From: Haliotis rufescens
Lineage: Eukaryota
Assembly (NCBI RefSeq): GCF_023055435.1
Contig: NW_025963868.1
Span: 21,576,001-21,640,000 of the forward strand
Reading direction: 5' to 3'
Length of the DNA: 64,000 bases
Shown here in pieces: positions 1 to 13,424 of this stretch. Numbering within the stretch: the stretch's first letter is position 1; every line of letters begins with the position of its first letter. Under the pieces are notes generated by a model. The model made no database searches and had not been told where the DNA came from. It saw nothing but the letters and a program-made list of their open reading frames with translations. Position numbers and translations under genes: made by a program.

Positions 1-134
1 TCAGTGTATGCATGATCAGATCATTTTATACATGATGTCTAAATAGTTTTTGCCAGGGCAGCAGTAAAACAATTCCCATTAGGACATTTTGTACCCAACT
101 CTTAAGACCCATAGCGGGTACCCTGGTAATAGGG
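1..134 (+). mobile_element. 3' part of hAT-like MITE (TAGGGCTGGGA family), truncated by window edge and minisatellite
   Basis: Matches the interior of the full copies at 29797-30201 and 33102-33498 (catgatcagatcattt...gacattttgtacccaactctt...gcgggtaccc). Confidence 0.75.
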
Positions 135-719
135 TATCCTGGAATCCCCACAGGGAGACAAGCATGGGACATTGACGACTCATTCTATTCTGGGATCCCC
201 ACAGGGAGACAAGCATGGCAACTGAGGACCTATTCTATCCTGGAATCCCCACAGGGAGACAAGCATGGGACATTGACGACCCATTCTATCCTAGAATCCC
301 CACAGGGAGACAAGCATGGCAACTGAGGACCTATTCTTCCCTGGAATCCCCACAGGGAGATAAGCATGGCAACAGAAGACCTATTCTATCCTGGAATCCC
401 CACAGGGAGACAAGCATGGCAAGTGAGGACCTATTCTATCCTGGAATCCCCACAGGGAGACAAGCATGGCAAGTGCGGACCTATTCTATCCTGGAATCCC
501 CACAGGGAGACAAGCATGGCAACTGAGGACCTATTCTATCCTGGAATCCCCACAGGGAGACAAGCATGGCAACTGAGGACCTATTCTATCCTGGAATCCC
601 CACAGGGAGACAAGCATGGCAACTGAGGACCTCTTCTATCCTGGAATCCCCACAGGGAGACAAGCATGGTAACTGAGGACCTATTCTTCCCTGGAATCCC
701 CACAGGGAGACAAGCATGG
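135..719. repeat. 50-bp minisatellite (~11-12 units) derived from the SINE-A 5' end
   Basis: Unit ggcaactgaggacctattctatcctggaatccccacagggagacaagcat recurs every 50-51 bp (ATG at 366, 416, 466, 516...). Confidence 0.95.
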
Positions 720-1788
720 TACACACAGAGACAATTACAATGACGGCCAATGTGACACATGGTGCTCCAGACAAACCTTGGAAGAACTATGGCTTGTTGT
801 TCATAGATTCCTATTTTTTGCAGAAGAATATCTCCAGTGAGCCCTAACTCATTTACCGAACAGTCATATTATGATCCAATATGGCCTATTCCCTGTGCCG
901 ATGTTTGCTCGAATCGCGGCATGGACGTCAGTCTGGTGTTTACCCACGTGAAACACATCTCCAACAGGCCATTCTATCAATATCGTGACCATAAAGACCT
1001 TACATCAATCCCTTGGATGGGCTACCGACAAGAAACCAAATAACAAGGGCTGTGAATTTGTACTGGACCTCCACTTACATCCCAAATCAACAATCTTGTC
1101 TAACAAGATCAAATTCTTCAAATACACAAAATCAACAATGGAAACAAGAAAATCAACTTTCACAATTGAAAAGAATTGACAGTTCTGGTGAATCCCATCA
1201 TATTTTTCAAATATTCAACTTCAACAAATGAGCCTGTCTAAGTTAATTTCCAAAAATAAAAAATTGTCAAATCGACATCCGACATCTCTTGCTGTACAGA
1301 GAACCAGAAATGTCTAGCGGACAAAGGAGGCATGTTGGAAGAAACACATCTACACGAACATTGATGAGTAATTCAAGAATGGTGTAATTGTTCTGGCTGA
1401 CCTTGGACTCCATCATCGATTCCATGGTTGTCTCATTAAGAATTAATTCCAATGCTTCAGTTTGGCATGATGAGTTGATGTAGCAGAATATAGGCGTGAG
1501 GGGGTCTTAACATGCTTAAGGTGGCAAGGCATATAGGCCTACATCCTGATACATGTGAGCGTGTTGGACATGTCAAACTTTGATAAGAATTGGATTGAAT
1601 GATGATAAATTAGAGTGTCAAGTCTACTTGAGCATGGCTTGGTAATTTGAAATTTGAAACACTAGAGCTTGCTCAACATGTGCATGATTGCTAAACTACA
1701 CGATTGCAGTGTCTAGTATACCAAATGGTGATTTGAGAATGGTGAAGCTGGCTGGCTCTAAGTGATGAGATACTGCAATACTTATTCT

Positions 1789-1795
1789 GATGATA

Positions 1796-1837
<42 letters not shown>
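1789..1837. repeat. (GAT)n microsatellite
   Basis: Directly visible; it produces the poly-Ile run in ORF 1696..1923. Confidence 0.95.
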
Positions 1838-2697
1838 CAGCAGACAGAATGATGGGTTACGGTCCTGTCAGTGATTTTACTGTGTAGGCTGATTAGGCCT
1901 ATGTGCCTCCTAAACTGCAACATATTGATTTGTGTAACAGTTATTCAACTCCATCATGCAATAAATTAACTACTGGTAGGATATGGAATAATGTGTCCAG
2001 CCATTAACAATATTGACTTCATGCATGAATGCAAAAGCAAACATTTCCATGTAATTGCTAATTGCTGCACATGGCATTGAAGGTGCCGACACACCTCAGT
2101 GATAAAACCAGCCACCATCTTGTTCCTAGCATTGTGGGATATCTCCAACAGTAATGTATATTGTTATGTCTTTATTGTATTGTCTGCGTGTGGGGTTGGG
2201 ATGGGGATGGGGTTGGGGTGGGGTTGGGGAGTTTGGGGAGGGGTGATGGTGGTGGCCGTTGCTTGCATGTGCTTGTACAAGTCAGGATTACATGTCGCAG
2301 TTTAACATGAATACCCCATCAGAGACAGTATACTGACTCCCAGCCAACCAGTCCTTGTTTTAGCCCCTTGTAGGCAGGGAAACAAAAAGTAAAGCTTGTC
2401 TCGTCTTTTCATGTGATGCACTCACTGATGCCCTATCCATTATACCACGAATGGAATGCATTCGTGGTATAATGTGTACAAAAGACAATTCAGGTGTGTC
2501 ATACTTGATATTGATGGAATATTGATAAAAGCGTAAAACCACACTAAAACAGAAACGCTCTGATTTAATAAATAGTTGACTGAAAATAAGCATATTTTTA
2601 TATCTTCTTGTTTGTATTTTGTGTTACCTTTTGTTTCACGCTGCTTTTAAGAGGAAATTAACCTGTTGATCAATTATGGAATACCATCAGTTATTAT

Positions 2698-3600
2698 GAT
2701 CACCCAATCTTCCATTTAGTCCCATCAGGAGACAAGCATGGGTTACTGAGGACCGCTTCTACCCTGGAATCCCCACATGAGATAAGCATGGGTTCCTGAG
2801 GACCTATTCTATCCTGGAATCCCCAAATGAGATAAGCATGGGTTCCTGAGGACCTCTTCTATCCTGGAATCCCCACATGAGATAAGCATAGGTTCCTGAG
2901 GACCTATTATATCCTGAATCCCCACAGGGAGAAAAGCATGGGTTCCTGAGGACCTATTCTGCCCCGGAATCCCCACAGGAAGAAATGCATGGGTTCCTGA
3001 GGACCTATTCTGCCCTGGAATCCCCACAGGAAGAAAAGCATGGGTTCCTGAGGCCCTATTCTATCCTGGAATCCCCACATGAGATAAGCATGGGTTCCTG
3101 AGGGCCTATTATATCCTGGAATCCCCACAGGAAGAAAAGCATGGGTTACTGAGGACCTATTCTATCCTGGATTCCCCACATGAGATAAGCATGGGTTCCT
3201 GAGGACCTATTATATCCTGGAATCCCCACAGGGAGAAAAGCATGAGTTACTGAGGACCTATTCTGCCCTGGAATCCCCACAGGGAGACAAGCATGGGTTC
3301 CTTAGGACCTATTCTGCCCTGGAATCCCCAAAGGAAGAAAAGCATGAGTTACTGAGGACCTATTCTGCCCTGGAATCCCCACATGAGATAAGCATGGGTT
3401 CCTGAGGACCTATTATATCCTGGAATCTCCACATGAGATAAGCATGGGTTCCTGAGGACCTCTTCTACCCTGGAATCCCCACAGGAAGAAAAGCATGGGT
3501 TCCTGAGGACCTATTCTATCTTGGAACCTCACAGGGTGACAAGCATGGGTTCTTGAGGACCTATTCTATCCTGGAATCCCCACAGGGTGACAAGCATGGG
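2698..3600. repeat. 50-bp minisatellite (~17 units) attached to a SINE-A remnant
   Basis: Unit gacaagcatgggttcctgaggacctattctatcctggaatccccacaggga, preceded by gatcacccaatc...ttagtc, which resembles the adjacent SINE-A body. Confidence 0.95.
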
Positions 3601-4040
3601 GACTTTTCTTAAACACCTTTGGTCATATTTCTGTCTTAGTGATTGATTCAAGAGTTGAAAAGGCAATGAATAGCAAAACAACCCCCTCTAAACAATGTCA
3701 ATTACTTTTCTTCCGTCTCCTCTGAGGATAATTTTTAAAACATGTATAACAAAGAAAAAACAACTGATTAGACCAAAACTGGAAACCTAACAATGGCAAA
3801 CAAGTGTAAGTATTGATTTAGTGGATAAGAGACATCCGAACTGTCTAGCTGAGTAACCGAGCTGTGTGACGAGCTGGTTGCCGGTAGGAGAATCCATGTC
3901 CAGTACATGATGAGCAATCAATTAGTTATTGATATGGCCGCTCATCTGTCCGGGTAGTCTGATACCATGGTGATGTTCACTGCATTTGGTCGCAGGCGAT
4001 GACATGAAGGCATGAGATGTTACTAATGTTCTCTTGACCG

Positions 4041-4205
4041 CCATGAAGATCTGTTAGAATTGGCCATCAGCAACCCATGCTTGTCATGAGAGGCAACTAA
4101 TGGGATCGGTTTGTCATTCTCGCTGACTTGGTTGATGCATGTCACCATATCCCAAATAGGTAGATTGATGCTAGTGATGTCAATCACTGGCTTGACTGCT
4201 CCAAA
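4041..4205 (+). mobile_element. SINE-A copy, 3'-truncated
   Basis: cagcaacccatgcttgtc...gctgacttggttgatgcatgtca...tcaatcactgg, shared with 19942-20203. Confidence 0.8.
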
Positions 4206-5645
4206 CTTTCTTATCACAAAACATTTTGCTTTTTAGAACATGGTAACCTGAGGACAAATAATTCAGTCCAGTTTTTTTCTGGAACATTTTTTTTAATAAA
4301 AGTGAAAAATCCTTTCCATGAAGTAGTGTTTATTCCAGGTGTTCATGACAAGGTGAACTTATCCTGCCCCACCATCACAAACACATGCAAAAGCAAGTCA
4401 ATTGTTCACCTGAAAAAACACAAGGGAACGTATAGTACAAGGCAAAGGAGGGAATTGCAATAGACATCATTTTGATGTGTCAATTTTTTCAATCAAGTAT
4501 TGACTATAATAAGTACCCTGGCCCAGAGACAGAGAGGGGCCTCTTTCAATCTTGTCTGAAAAACTGCTTCCATGGTGTACGGAGAGCATAAGGAGGGTCG
4601 TTTGAATCTCAGCCATTTCATACGAAGAAAGATCCTGATGCTTGTCAATGAGGACTTAAACAAGGACTGGTCGGCACAGAGTCTGTATAATGTGTCTGAG
4701 CGGGGTACCAGGTATATATATTTAATGTTGAACGTGGCGTTTAACCCCATTTTCAGATTATCTTGATTACTATGCCAAAAGCAGGAGATAACATCAAACA
4801 TTAAAATGTGAACTCTTGAAATAAAGAGATAAGAAGGATAGTTTCAATTAAATAATTATTTAATACACATAAGCTACCCATCATGTTGAATTTGATGGGA
4901 GACAATTCTGTTACTTTAACCATGTAAACAGCAGAGGCCTTGTCAACAGACAGACCAATACATTCAAGAAAGATAGTACATCTAGCACTGTTGCCAGACA
5001 GACTCTGTCTCAGAGGACCAAATCAACAGTAACCATGGCAACGGTACCATCTCAGCAACAGATTTTAGTAAGAATTCTGCACACAACCAAAACACTCTGT
5101 CCAAAATGATTCCACTTGTCAAAAGTCCTTAGCCATGAAAGCAGATTCTGTGAATGATCGAGGGCCATTTCTAAGTTCCTTGACAGTTCCCGCCTGATCA
5201 ATCTATCCCACAATGCATCAGTCGTCCCCAATCTATCCCACACTTCACCCTGATGCTGTTGGGAGCTAATGGCCAGCTATGGGATTAATGATGTGTCCTC
5301 CCGACGATGAAGAAAAGGTGATAGGGTAAACTCAATGCAACTCTTCCCGGACCCCGAAACACAGAGTATTGACTCCATTCAGGCTCCCAGGATTCAGATC
5401 ACACTCCATGGCATTTAGATGATTGCCTGCGTCTTCCCACAGATTACAACTTTGATCTGAATTCTCGATATTGACAATGGCACATGAAAAGCTGCAACTG
5501 TGCCAAAAGATATTGTTTTTATCTATTTTAAAGAAAATGAGTGAGTGAATAGTGTTTTAAGCCACAGTTAGCAATATTCCAGGTTTATCATGACATTTTA
5601 CAAACAATCCATGTTTTCTGGGCACAATGATCGACACACAACCAC

Positions 5646-5886
5646 TTGTTTGTTTGTTGTTTCACGCCGCATTAAGCAATATTCCACCTATATGACAGTT
5701 ATCTGTAAATAATCGAGTCTTGACCATACAATCCAGTGATTAACATCTTGAGCATCGATTTACACAACTGGGATATCATGACATGCATCAACTAAGTTAG
5801 CAAGCCTGACCATCCGATCCTGTAAGTCGCCTCTTACGGCCAGCTTGGGTTGCTGAAGACCAATTCTAACCTAGAATCTTCAGGAC
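5646..5886 (-). mobile_element. SINE-A copy
   Basis: Reverse complement of the family consensus including the (ACAA)n tail. Confidence 0.85.
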
Positions 5887-6350
5887 TATATGTGGTGTAT
5901 TTCATCAAGCAAAGAAAGAAAGAAGGCAGGACATATATTGATTTTCTTTGTCTGTAGGTACAAAAGGCTGTGAGGAGGGATGATTGTAAGGCGTGCTGGA
6001 ACATAAATCTAATAACTTACTTATTATAGCTCCACAAGTAACATAACTGTCTCCATTAAGTCAACTGGTAAGTTTTAGGAGCATAAAACGTTTTCGAAAC
6101 GATTTCTACATAGAACTTCTGCAAGTGAGCATTTAGAAGCTGGAGTGATGAACAAGGGAGATAGTTTTATGGATATACAAGTTCTGTATTACAATGAATG
6201 CGACATTTCAATCAGGGTAGATACTGACACTGTTATCAAGCAAGTGATGTGTTTAATCTAACCATACAAATGAAAGAAAGAAGAGGGTTGTCATGCATTC
6301 TATTGTATATGCTCCAAAATTTGGAATGCTGTTTCGTATGAAATTCTGGA

Positions 6351-6651
6351 TACCGTATTAGACGTAATAAGCGCTCCGCTCTAAAATGCGCCCATGGCGA
6401 TATTTGCATATATATTGGCTAGTGAACAATCCCAATTAGCACCCTTCCGATTGATCAATGTACACAAGACTTATTTATTCGTGTATAATACGCACTCAAG
6501 TGTTATATGGACCCTTAATTATGGGCAATTAAATTCTGGAAAATATATCTGTCATGTATAATATGCAGAGATTTTTCTTTTGTATCATTTCAGGCTGTCA
6601 GCATAAACCACAAAATTTACGATCTGGGCACTTATTACGTTGAATACAGTA
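6351..6651. mobile_element. Tc1/mariner(pogo)-like MITE (TA-CCGTATT termini)
   Basis: TIRs taccgtattagacgtaataagcgc / gcacttattacgttgaatacagta with flanking TA; five copies in the window. Confidence 0.8.
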
Positions 6652-6959
6652 TGTATAAAGATTTGACTTTAGGGTCATTCTGGGCAGCATCAATTCATAT
6701 CGGGGAGAGACTGATGTAAAACATGTCATTGTAAATCCAAGTCACGGGCAATACAAAGTGGGCATGGAAGACAAGATACCAGCAGACATGTTTAACCCAG
6801 ATTTCCTGGCCTTGATCAACATGCATCATTTCCCAATTTAGAAACATCTCTAGGGTTTGGGAGATAAGAAAAGTAGCCAGAGTTGTCAATAATCTTTGCA
6901 TAAAGCGCGAACTGTTGTTCCTTGTTCGTATGGCATGGGCAACAGGCTAGTCCAGCTTG

Positions 6960-7649
6960 TAGGACTCGGACGGGTAACTCGGGGACTTGGGTCGGGTGGG
7001 TGCTGAGTAGGACCGGGGTACCCAGACCCGTGGTTAGTCATGTGATATATTGTTTAATGACAAAAATTATCTCTATGGTTACACAATAAGCAACAAATGT
7101 TCACATTTCTTCCTGACTATGCACACATTCCTTCTGACTTTATATGTTTGCATACTGAAAAAATTTCAGTGTATGCATGACCAGATAGGTGTATATGTGT
7201 ATCTAAATACATTTTGACAGGAGTACGGTCAAACTATTCCCAATCAGACATTTTGTACCTATCTCTTGAGACCTACAGCGGGTACACGGGTAGGGTAGAG
7301 TTATAGGGGGATGGGTACCCAGGTAAAAGGGCTGGGACGAGTTCAAATTTACTACCCGGGTACCCAGCCCCTATAAACCTACCCTGCCCGATTGGTAACT
7401 TTTTCAGCATAGCCCTGGCAAAACGTATTTTTGGGTGCATAGTCAGAAAGAAAAGCGAACATAAATGACTTGTAGTGTAACCATTAGTTATAGATAATTT
7501 TCGTCATTAGACAATATATAACGTGACTAACCATGGGTCAGGGTAGTCCTGTGGGTTCCGGGGACCTACTCAGTACCCATCCGACCCAGGTCCCCAAGTT
7601 ACCCGTCCCAGCTCTACCGGGTAGTAAATTTGGACTCGTCCCAGCCCTA
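6960..7649 (+). mobile_element. hAT-like MITE carrying a nested inverted copy of itself (7327-7616)
   Basis: Outer ends taggactcgga...tcccagcccta; inner copy inverted and flanked by ccaggtaa/ccgggtag (degenerate 8-bp TSD). Confidence 0.75.
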
Positions 7650-7734
7650 TACTAGCTTGGTATCAATGTCAATTATTGATATTCTAACTTGTCATCCCCA
7701 GGGTTTTACGTGATCAATAATTCCTGATAATTTA

Positions 7735-7953
7735 AGTGAGTAAGTGCTGTTAGCAATATTCCAGAAATATCATGACAGGGGATACCAGAAATAGGCTTCA
7801 CACATTGCACCCAAATTGGGAATCGAACCCAATTGTGTAGATCGATGCTCATGATGTCAATCACGGATTGTCTGGTCCAGACTCATTTACTTACAGACCG
7901 CCGTCATACAGCTGGAATACTGCTGTTTGCGGCCTTAAACAACAAACAAACAA
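7735..7953. mobile_element. SINE-B 3' half (-) abutting SINE-A 3' half (+)
   Basis: gcaatattccag...ggcttcacacattg...gaatcgaaccc followed directly by aattgtgtagatcgatgctc...aaacaacaaaca. Confidence 0.7.
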
Positions 7954-8741
7954 ATCTAAATTATATGACATCGAGAAAGGTAAGCCCCACAATATGAACA
8001 AGGTATGCTGATTTGAATCCAAGCTACATGGGCATTTGAATGTGCCTTATTTCACCTTTCCTGCTGTTTAATTCACCGCAGCAAGAGGTCACGTGACAAC
8101 TCATGACATGCCTTACATGTGATGAAAAAACATATCGCATGTTGCATTTTTTGTAACGAGTCAAAAATACAATAAATCTCATTTCCCAAGTTACGTACAT
8201 TTTGATTGGACAAAAAAAACAATCCTGGTGTGACACGAAATCCTTACAATCACCACCGTCAGTAATAAGCTGCCACGAAGGACTTGTACAAGACCAGCTA
8301 CATCACCCTCAGTTGCTGGTAATCCAGGCAATAAGAAGAAAACCCTGTTGCTTGTCAATCAAAGCTTCTGGACTGTCATTTATTAGGCTCAGATTACTGT
8401 GACTGAGGAAGCTGTGGTGATGTTGATAACAGTCTCGTTAAGATGGCATTCATCTCCCTGTTCTGTGGGTGTTGCGCAGTTGGGGTTAATCTTAGCTAGC
8501 TGCTAGTCTTGTGATGTTTTCAGTGATTAGCGAGGTCTATAAGATGCATCACTTGCTTCTTATTCCGTTTTACTAACTGGACGAAGATATCTCTCTCCGA
8601 AAATTAAATCCAAATGATCCAAGACCTCTGCTTTTCGTGTCATCAGTAACTTTTAAACAAATTTTTAAATCCGTATGTTTTTAAGATTTATAACCCAATA
8701 TCTACAGCATTTGTTTTGTTTAACTTAACATTACAGCTTTG

Positions 8742-9152
8742 AGGGGTAAATTGGGTACTCGGGTTAGGTGGGTCCTGAGTAGGACCCGGGTACCCACACG
8801 ACTACCCGGACTTGTGGTTAGTCACATGATATACTCTTTAATGACATAAACAATGAAACTCCAAGGTTACACAACAAGTTTAGCTAATGTTCACATTTCT
8901 TTCTGACTATGCAAGCATTCGTCCCGACTTTCATATGTTCTAGTGAGGATCAACCGTCTGTCAACTTCAAAATATGCATGATCAGATCATTTTATACATG
9001 TATCTGAATAGACCTTGCCAGGACTGCGATAAAACAATTCCCATTCAGACATTTTGTACCCAACTGGTTAGAGCTATAGCTGGTATTCGGGTAGAGCCGG
9101 GTAAGATGGTGTTGGGTACCTGGGTAGTAAATGTGGACTCGTCCCAGCCCTA
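8742..9152 (+). mobile_element. hAT-like MITE (TAGGGCTGGGA family)
   Basis: Colinear with 29797-30201; ends ggactcgtcccagcccta. Confidence 0.8.
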
Positions 9153-9342
9153 CTTTTAACCAGTTAATGCTCTTAGTGTTGTATGTTCCAAGTTTTGTGT
9201 ACCGGGTATGTTCTTCATGTGTATTTGTATCTGTTTAATCCCTTTATGTATCATGTCTTGTGTATCATTTGTGATGCTCTGATGAAAGAGGAATTCCGTC
9301 ACTGGCAATAAAGCATTATCTTATTGTTTCTCATGTTAAATG

Positions 9343-9618
9343 GGGGGCACGGGTGGCCCAGTCATCTAAGGCGCCGCGATTCGCTGTGCAGAGTTGCGTC
9401 CCTTGGGCACGCCAGAAACCTGTGATTGTGGGTTCGAATCCCGGTTCGCCCCGATTATGTTTCCAGGTTTGTCAGCACCATACCCGTGCTCGTTGGTTTC
9501 ACCGAAGTGGACGTCTGAGACCTGCATCACTTCAGGCTTTCCTCCCACATTAAGCTGACACGCCGTGATATAACTGGAATACTGTTAAAAGTGGCTTTAA
9601 ACCCAACTCACTCACTCA
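9343..9618 (+). mobile_element. Full-length tRNA-derived SINE-C (Leu/Ser-like head)
   Basis: A-box-like gtggcccagtcatctaaggcg, B-box ggttcgaatccc, (CACT)n tail, 13-bp TSD ctcatgttaaatg (9330-9342 / 9619-9631). Confidence 0.9.
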
Positions 9619-9685
9619 CTCATGTTAAATGCTTGAACTCCACGCCTTGATTTAACTACAATGCACCTAACCCACACTAAATTTT

Positions 9686-9790
9686 CATCCTCATCTCCCT
9701 GAGGAGTACACAAAACAAGATGCCTACGAGGCGCTAGGTTTATAGTCTCATCCTACCGGGTTCTGCTGGGTGAACAGAGACAGAAGGTCA
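9686..9790 (-). mobile_element. Old SINE-E fragment
   Basis: Reverse match to the tatactccccagggagttgaga core also seen at ~15255-15310 and ~20290-20480. Confidence 0.5.
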
Positions 9791-9907
9791 CTTGCTGATG
9801 GAGACAGTCACACCAGCCGTAACTGTCATTAATGTTACAGTGAGGTTCCAGTCACTGCATCAAAAATGTTAGGATGCCGAAAAAGTTATATTTTCGAAAG
9901 GACAACC

Positions 9908-10454
9908 CAGGCCTCAAAGTTTAATTTTTTACCAAGTAGCCATATGGCTACAAGTATTTTTTCTAGGTAGCCAGTGGTAAAATCAAGAAGTCAAGCCAAT
10001 ATTGTAGGTAGCCAAAAGCATTTGAAATTATCTTTTATGAAATAACTATTATATGTACAAGTCATAGCACTGGTCTTGGAATTGTATATTAGTGGAAACT
10101 GTACTTGAGTTTTGTTATTTGTGACTTGAACAATGATGCAATTTATGTTACTAGATTATCATGATTATATAGGTATATCCTTGCTTATCCAATAAACTAT
10201 CAACTAAAATAAAATACTAATTACATTAATATTTATGCATTTCAGGTCATTGTTGACTGTAGGAAGAATTATTTGCAAGTACAATCAGTAGCAGACATGT
10301 TATTTTTGTGTCTCCATATGTGTAGCAATAGAATTTAGTCACCACAAGATATTTTTGAAGGTATAGTCATTTGGCTACCTCTGAATTTTAGACAGTAGAC
10401 AAATTGAAATTTAGGTGGCATTGGCGACCGTTTTGGTCGCAACTTTGAGGCCTG
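9908..10454. mobile_element. MITE with 14-bp TIR caggcctcaaagtt / aactttgaggcctg
   Basis: Perfect inverted termini and internal gtagcca subterminal repeats; no TSD recognised. Confidence 0.7.
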
Positions 10455-11189
10455 CAAACAGAGTGTCCAGTGAACAATTAACTCATTTTTTTGTTTAAAA
10501 CCTGAAGCAATATTCTTCCCATTATAATTGTTTCTGAACAAAGAAGCTGAACAACTTGTTTCACATTACATTCTTATATGGGTATCCGGCACGTCCAACA
10601 AATCATGTCTTTTTTCAAAACCTAGGCAAATTATTTGCCTAATATTTTCAAGAACAAATTATTGAAATAAAAAATATCCCTGGTCCCCACGAACATTACA
10701 TGATCCGTTGAGGTCAGACTGTGGCATGGGAGAGTAACGACCACTCTCCTCCTCCTGTAGCTTCGATCAGGTCATTTCCAATGTGGGAACCACATCCTGT
10801 ATTGGAAGATAATGTGGGTATTGAACGTGGTCGGCAGTGATGGCAAGCTTCAATATTTGTCTGTTTGGGTAATGGCGTGAATGAAATTAGCACATAGGTG
10901 TATATTGGGTCATGAAGGTTTGTTCTGTGTGGCAAAGTAAACAAGGATTGTTTGTTGGGATGCTGATGAGGGAGACAAGACTGATGAGGTTAATGGATGC
11001 CACAGTGTTGTAACAGGCCTTGAGATAATGCAGGTCTCAGCAATCCATCGAAGATTGTTTCTTTAATACTTGCATGGTTTAAGGTTCTTTCATGCCAAAA
11101 TCTCACAATATGATATTAAATTAAAATTAAAAAATTAAAAATTCAGAGTTTAATAACTTTGATGATAATACAAAAAACACAAACTCATA

Positions 11190-11351
11190 TGAGTCAGTAT
11201 TTTTCTGCATCCCTTTTAGCACCATTCAAGCAATATCACAGTGGGGGACAACAGAAATGGGCTTCACACATAATATCCCATGTCAGGAATCGAACCTATG
11301 CATTAGGCATGAAGTGCGAACACATTAACCACTCGGCTACCCCACTGCCCA
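11190..11351 (-). mobile_element. tRNA-derived SINE-B
   Basis: Reverse of gggcagtggggtagccgagtggttaa...ggttcgattcc...tgtgaagcccatttct. Confidence 0.8.
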
Positions 11352-12077
11352 CAATTCCTATTAATAGAAAAAGAAACACTTTGAATGTGATCCTTTTATG
11401 TGCAATTTGTGGAAAGTAGAAAAACGTAATGTCAAAGAATAGCAAAAGTCCCAGTTAGCTGTCCTCCTTTAAAAAGTCTGAATAGCAAATCAAATTTAGT
11501 TGCTTCTTTCAATAAAACTTACTGCTGGGGACTTATTCTTACCTCGATACTTAAAGGGTATATTCTAGTGGACAGAATGTCTGCCCAGGGAGCTAAAGGT
11601 CAGTTGTTTGATCCCTGACTGTGCCATCTTCCCTAGGCAAGGGAGTTAACTGACTATAAAAGTTCTGTTTCCACCCTGTCCACTAAGCAAAGTAATCGCT
11701 TATACAGGGTCTACAACAGCTTGAAACGCTAGGGCACTCTTCCAAAATGGTGGCGCAACTCCTGCTGGGCCGTCTTGCCCTAATGAAGAACGCAACAGAA
11801 GAGGCTCAATGACGAGCTGATGAATTTATGCCTACTTTGAAGATGTGGAGCAGACTGAGGATGATGGGGTCTTAGCTGCCTTTGTCAATTTCCCAGTTGA
11901 TCCAGTCAAGAATTTCCTGTTCTGCTGTCGAACTCAGCCGCCATTTTGGTTTGAGAAGGAAGCGACCTTAGCCAGAGATTGGTACGATTGCAAGCAGCTG
12001 AAAATCAGCGCCCCGTTGCAAGGCGAAACGCTGTACAATGCTTGCAAACAATTGGCGCTTTGCAACGCCCCCTAGAC

Positions 12078-12585
12078 AGCTTCAGTGGCAGAGACTTGTA
12101 ATGTCACCACTAATGACATCATAATGGTTAGAATGATTGGAAGACAATACATCTGAAATACCATCATATGTGGTTGTGACGTCATGATTACCGATGATAC
12201 CGATAATGCAACAATGGTCTGCCAAGCATTGTGATACAATTTCATTGTAGCTATTTCTCCTGGGCGATCTCACCCAAGCATATCTCCTGTGGAAGCCAGT
12301 TTTATTATAAAGGAATTTAAACTGAATTTCATGCCACATAAAGCATTTGTTTTCCTGTCTTACTGTCTCCTAAAATAAGCCGGAAATCAGCTGTACACAC
12401 TTTCTCCAGGGACATACTGGTTATTCACATAAAACACATCAAATAACTCAAAAGAATTTGGTGCTAACCAGCTTCAGAAGCAGAGAGATTGGTGATGTCA
12501 TCTCATTGTGATGTCATGGTAACCGATGATGTCACAATGGCCTGAATGTTCGGAAGAAAATACATCCGAAATACCATCTTATTTC
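12078..12585. mobile_element. Repeat family shared with 51591-52006; internally duplicated
   Basis: agcttcag..gcagaga...tgatgtca...aatacatc.gaaataccatc occurs twice here and once at ~51860-52000. Confidence 0.6.
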
Positions 12586-13240
12586 CTATTATTGAACCAG
12601 GAATAATACATTGTAATACTTTGTAATATTTGTGGCTGCTTCTACTGTACATATTTAACATTAAAATAATCATCCTAAGTGTAGCACTTTGGCATACTAT
12701 CGATTAGTTTCACTTGTGGATCAGCGTGACGAGTCATGTTGCAAAAAACACTATCTGTGTCGTGGTTAGATGTAACCCATGGTGTTCACAACTAATGTCA
12801 AAATCAGACAGCATATTTTGCGTTACTTTTCATAAAAAGCAATTTCTACATTTTGGAAGGATAATATAACATCTGGCCTCAGTCCACAATCTGATTAGCA
12901 CATATGTGCTTGTGTATCAGCCAAATATGTATGGCATGCACAATTGAATTATGGGACCCACGGAATAGGAAAAGATGTTTGGCAGTCTACTCACGACGAT
13001 ACTGTCATCTTGCGTGTGGCACATACAGACAGAAGAATTCATTAATGCACTGCATCAAAGTCAACCGCCAAAGTTGGATTGAAACAGTTCCTTCAGCGCT
13101 TGTGTTCACTTTCAAAAACCCTTGACGACCCTGTGGAATACTTGTTGACCAAGGTGTAACCAAGTTTAACTTAGCCCAATGTTTGCACATGCTAAATGAA
13201 TTACGTCATACTTGGGTTGGCCAGAGTTGCCAATACCTAA

Positions 13241-13330
13241 GAGTGAGTGAGTGAGTGAGTGAGTGAGTGAGTGAGTGAGTGAGTTAAGATTAAACGTCAC
13301 ATCGGCAGTATTTCAGCCATATCGTGACGA
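13241..13330 (-). repeat. (GAGT)n tail plus short 3' end of a 5'-truncated retroposon
   Basis: Microsatellite followed by aacgtcacatcggcagtatttcagccatatcgtgacg; flanks aatacctaag / gatacctacg resemble a TSD. Confidence 0.7.
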
Positions 13331-13424
13331 CCGATACCTACGAAATCCTTGGGACCGGTACTCTTGTCACTCACCTCCGTGTGATGCTATTGTTTAGCCC
13401 AATTAGTTCCATTGTATGATTCAG

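Noticed and set aside
135-3600. CRISPR-like array or repeat-protein ORFs (MATEDLFYPG...)
   Set aside because: Head-to-tail 50-bp units with no unique spacers; unit length is not a multiple of 3; eukaryotic SINE-derived minisatellite.
4375-4409. Possible exon 2 after acceptor tgttttttcag (would give GEQLTCFCMCL)
   Set aside because: In-frame TGA after 11 codons and no convincing donor.
9343-9450. tRNA-Leu/Ser gene
   Set aside because: It is the head of a multi-copy SINE with tail and TSD; I could not fold an intact cloverleaf.
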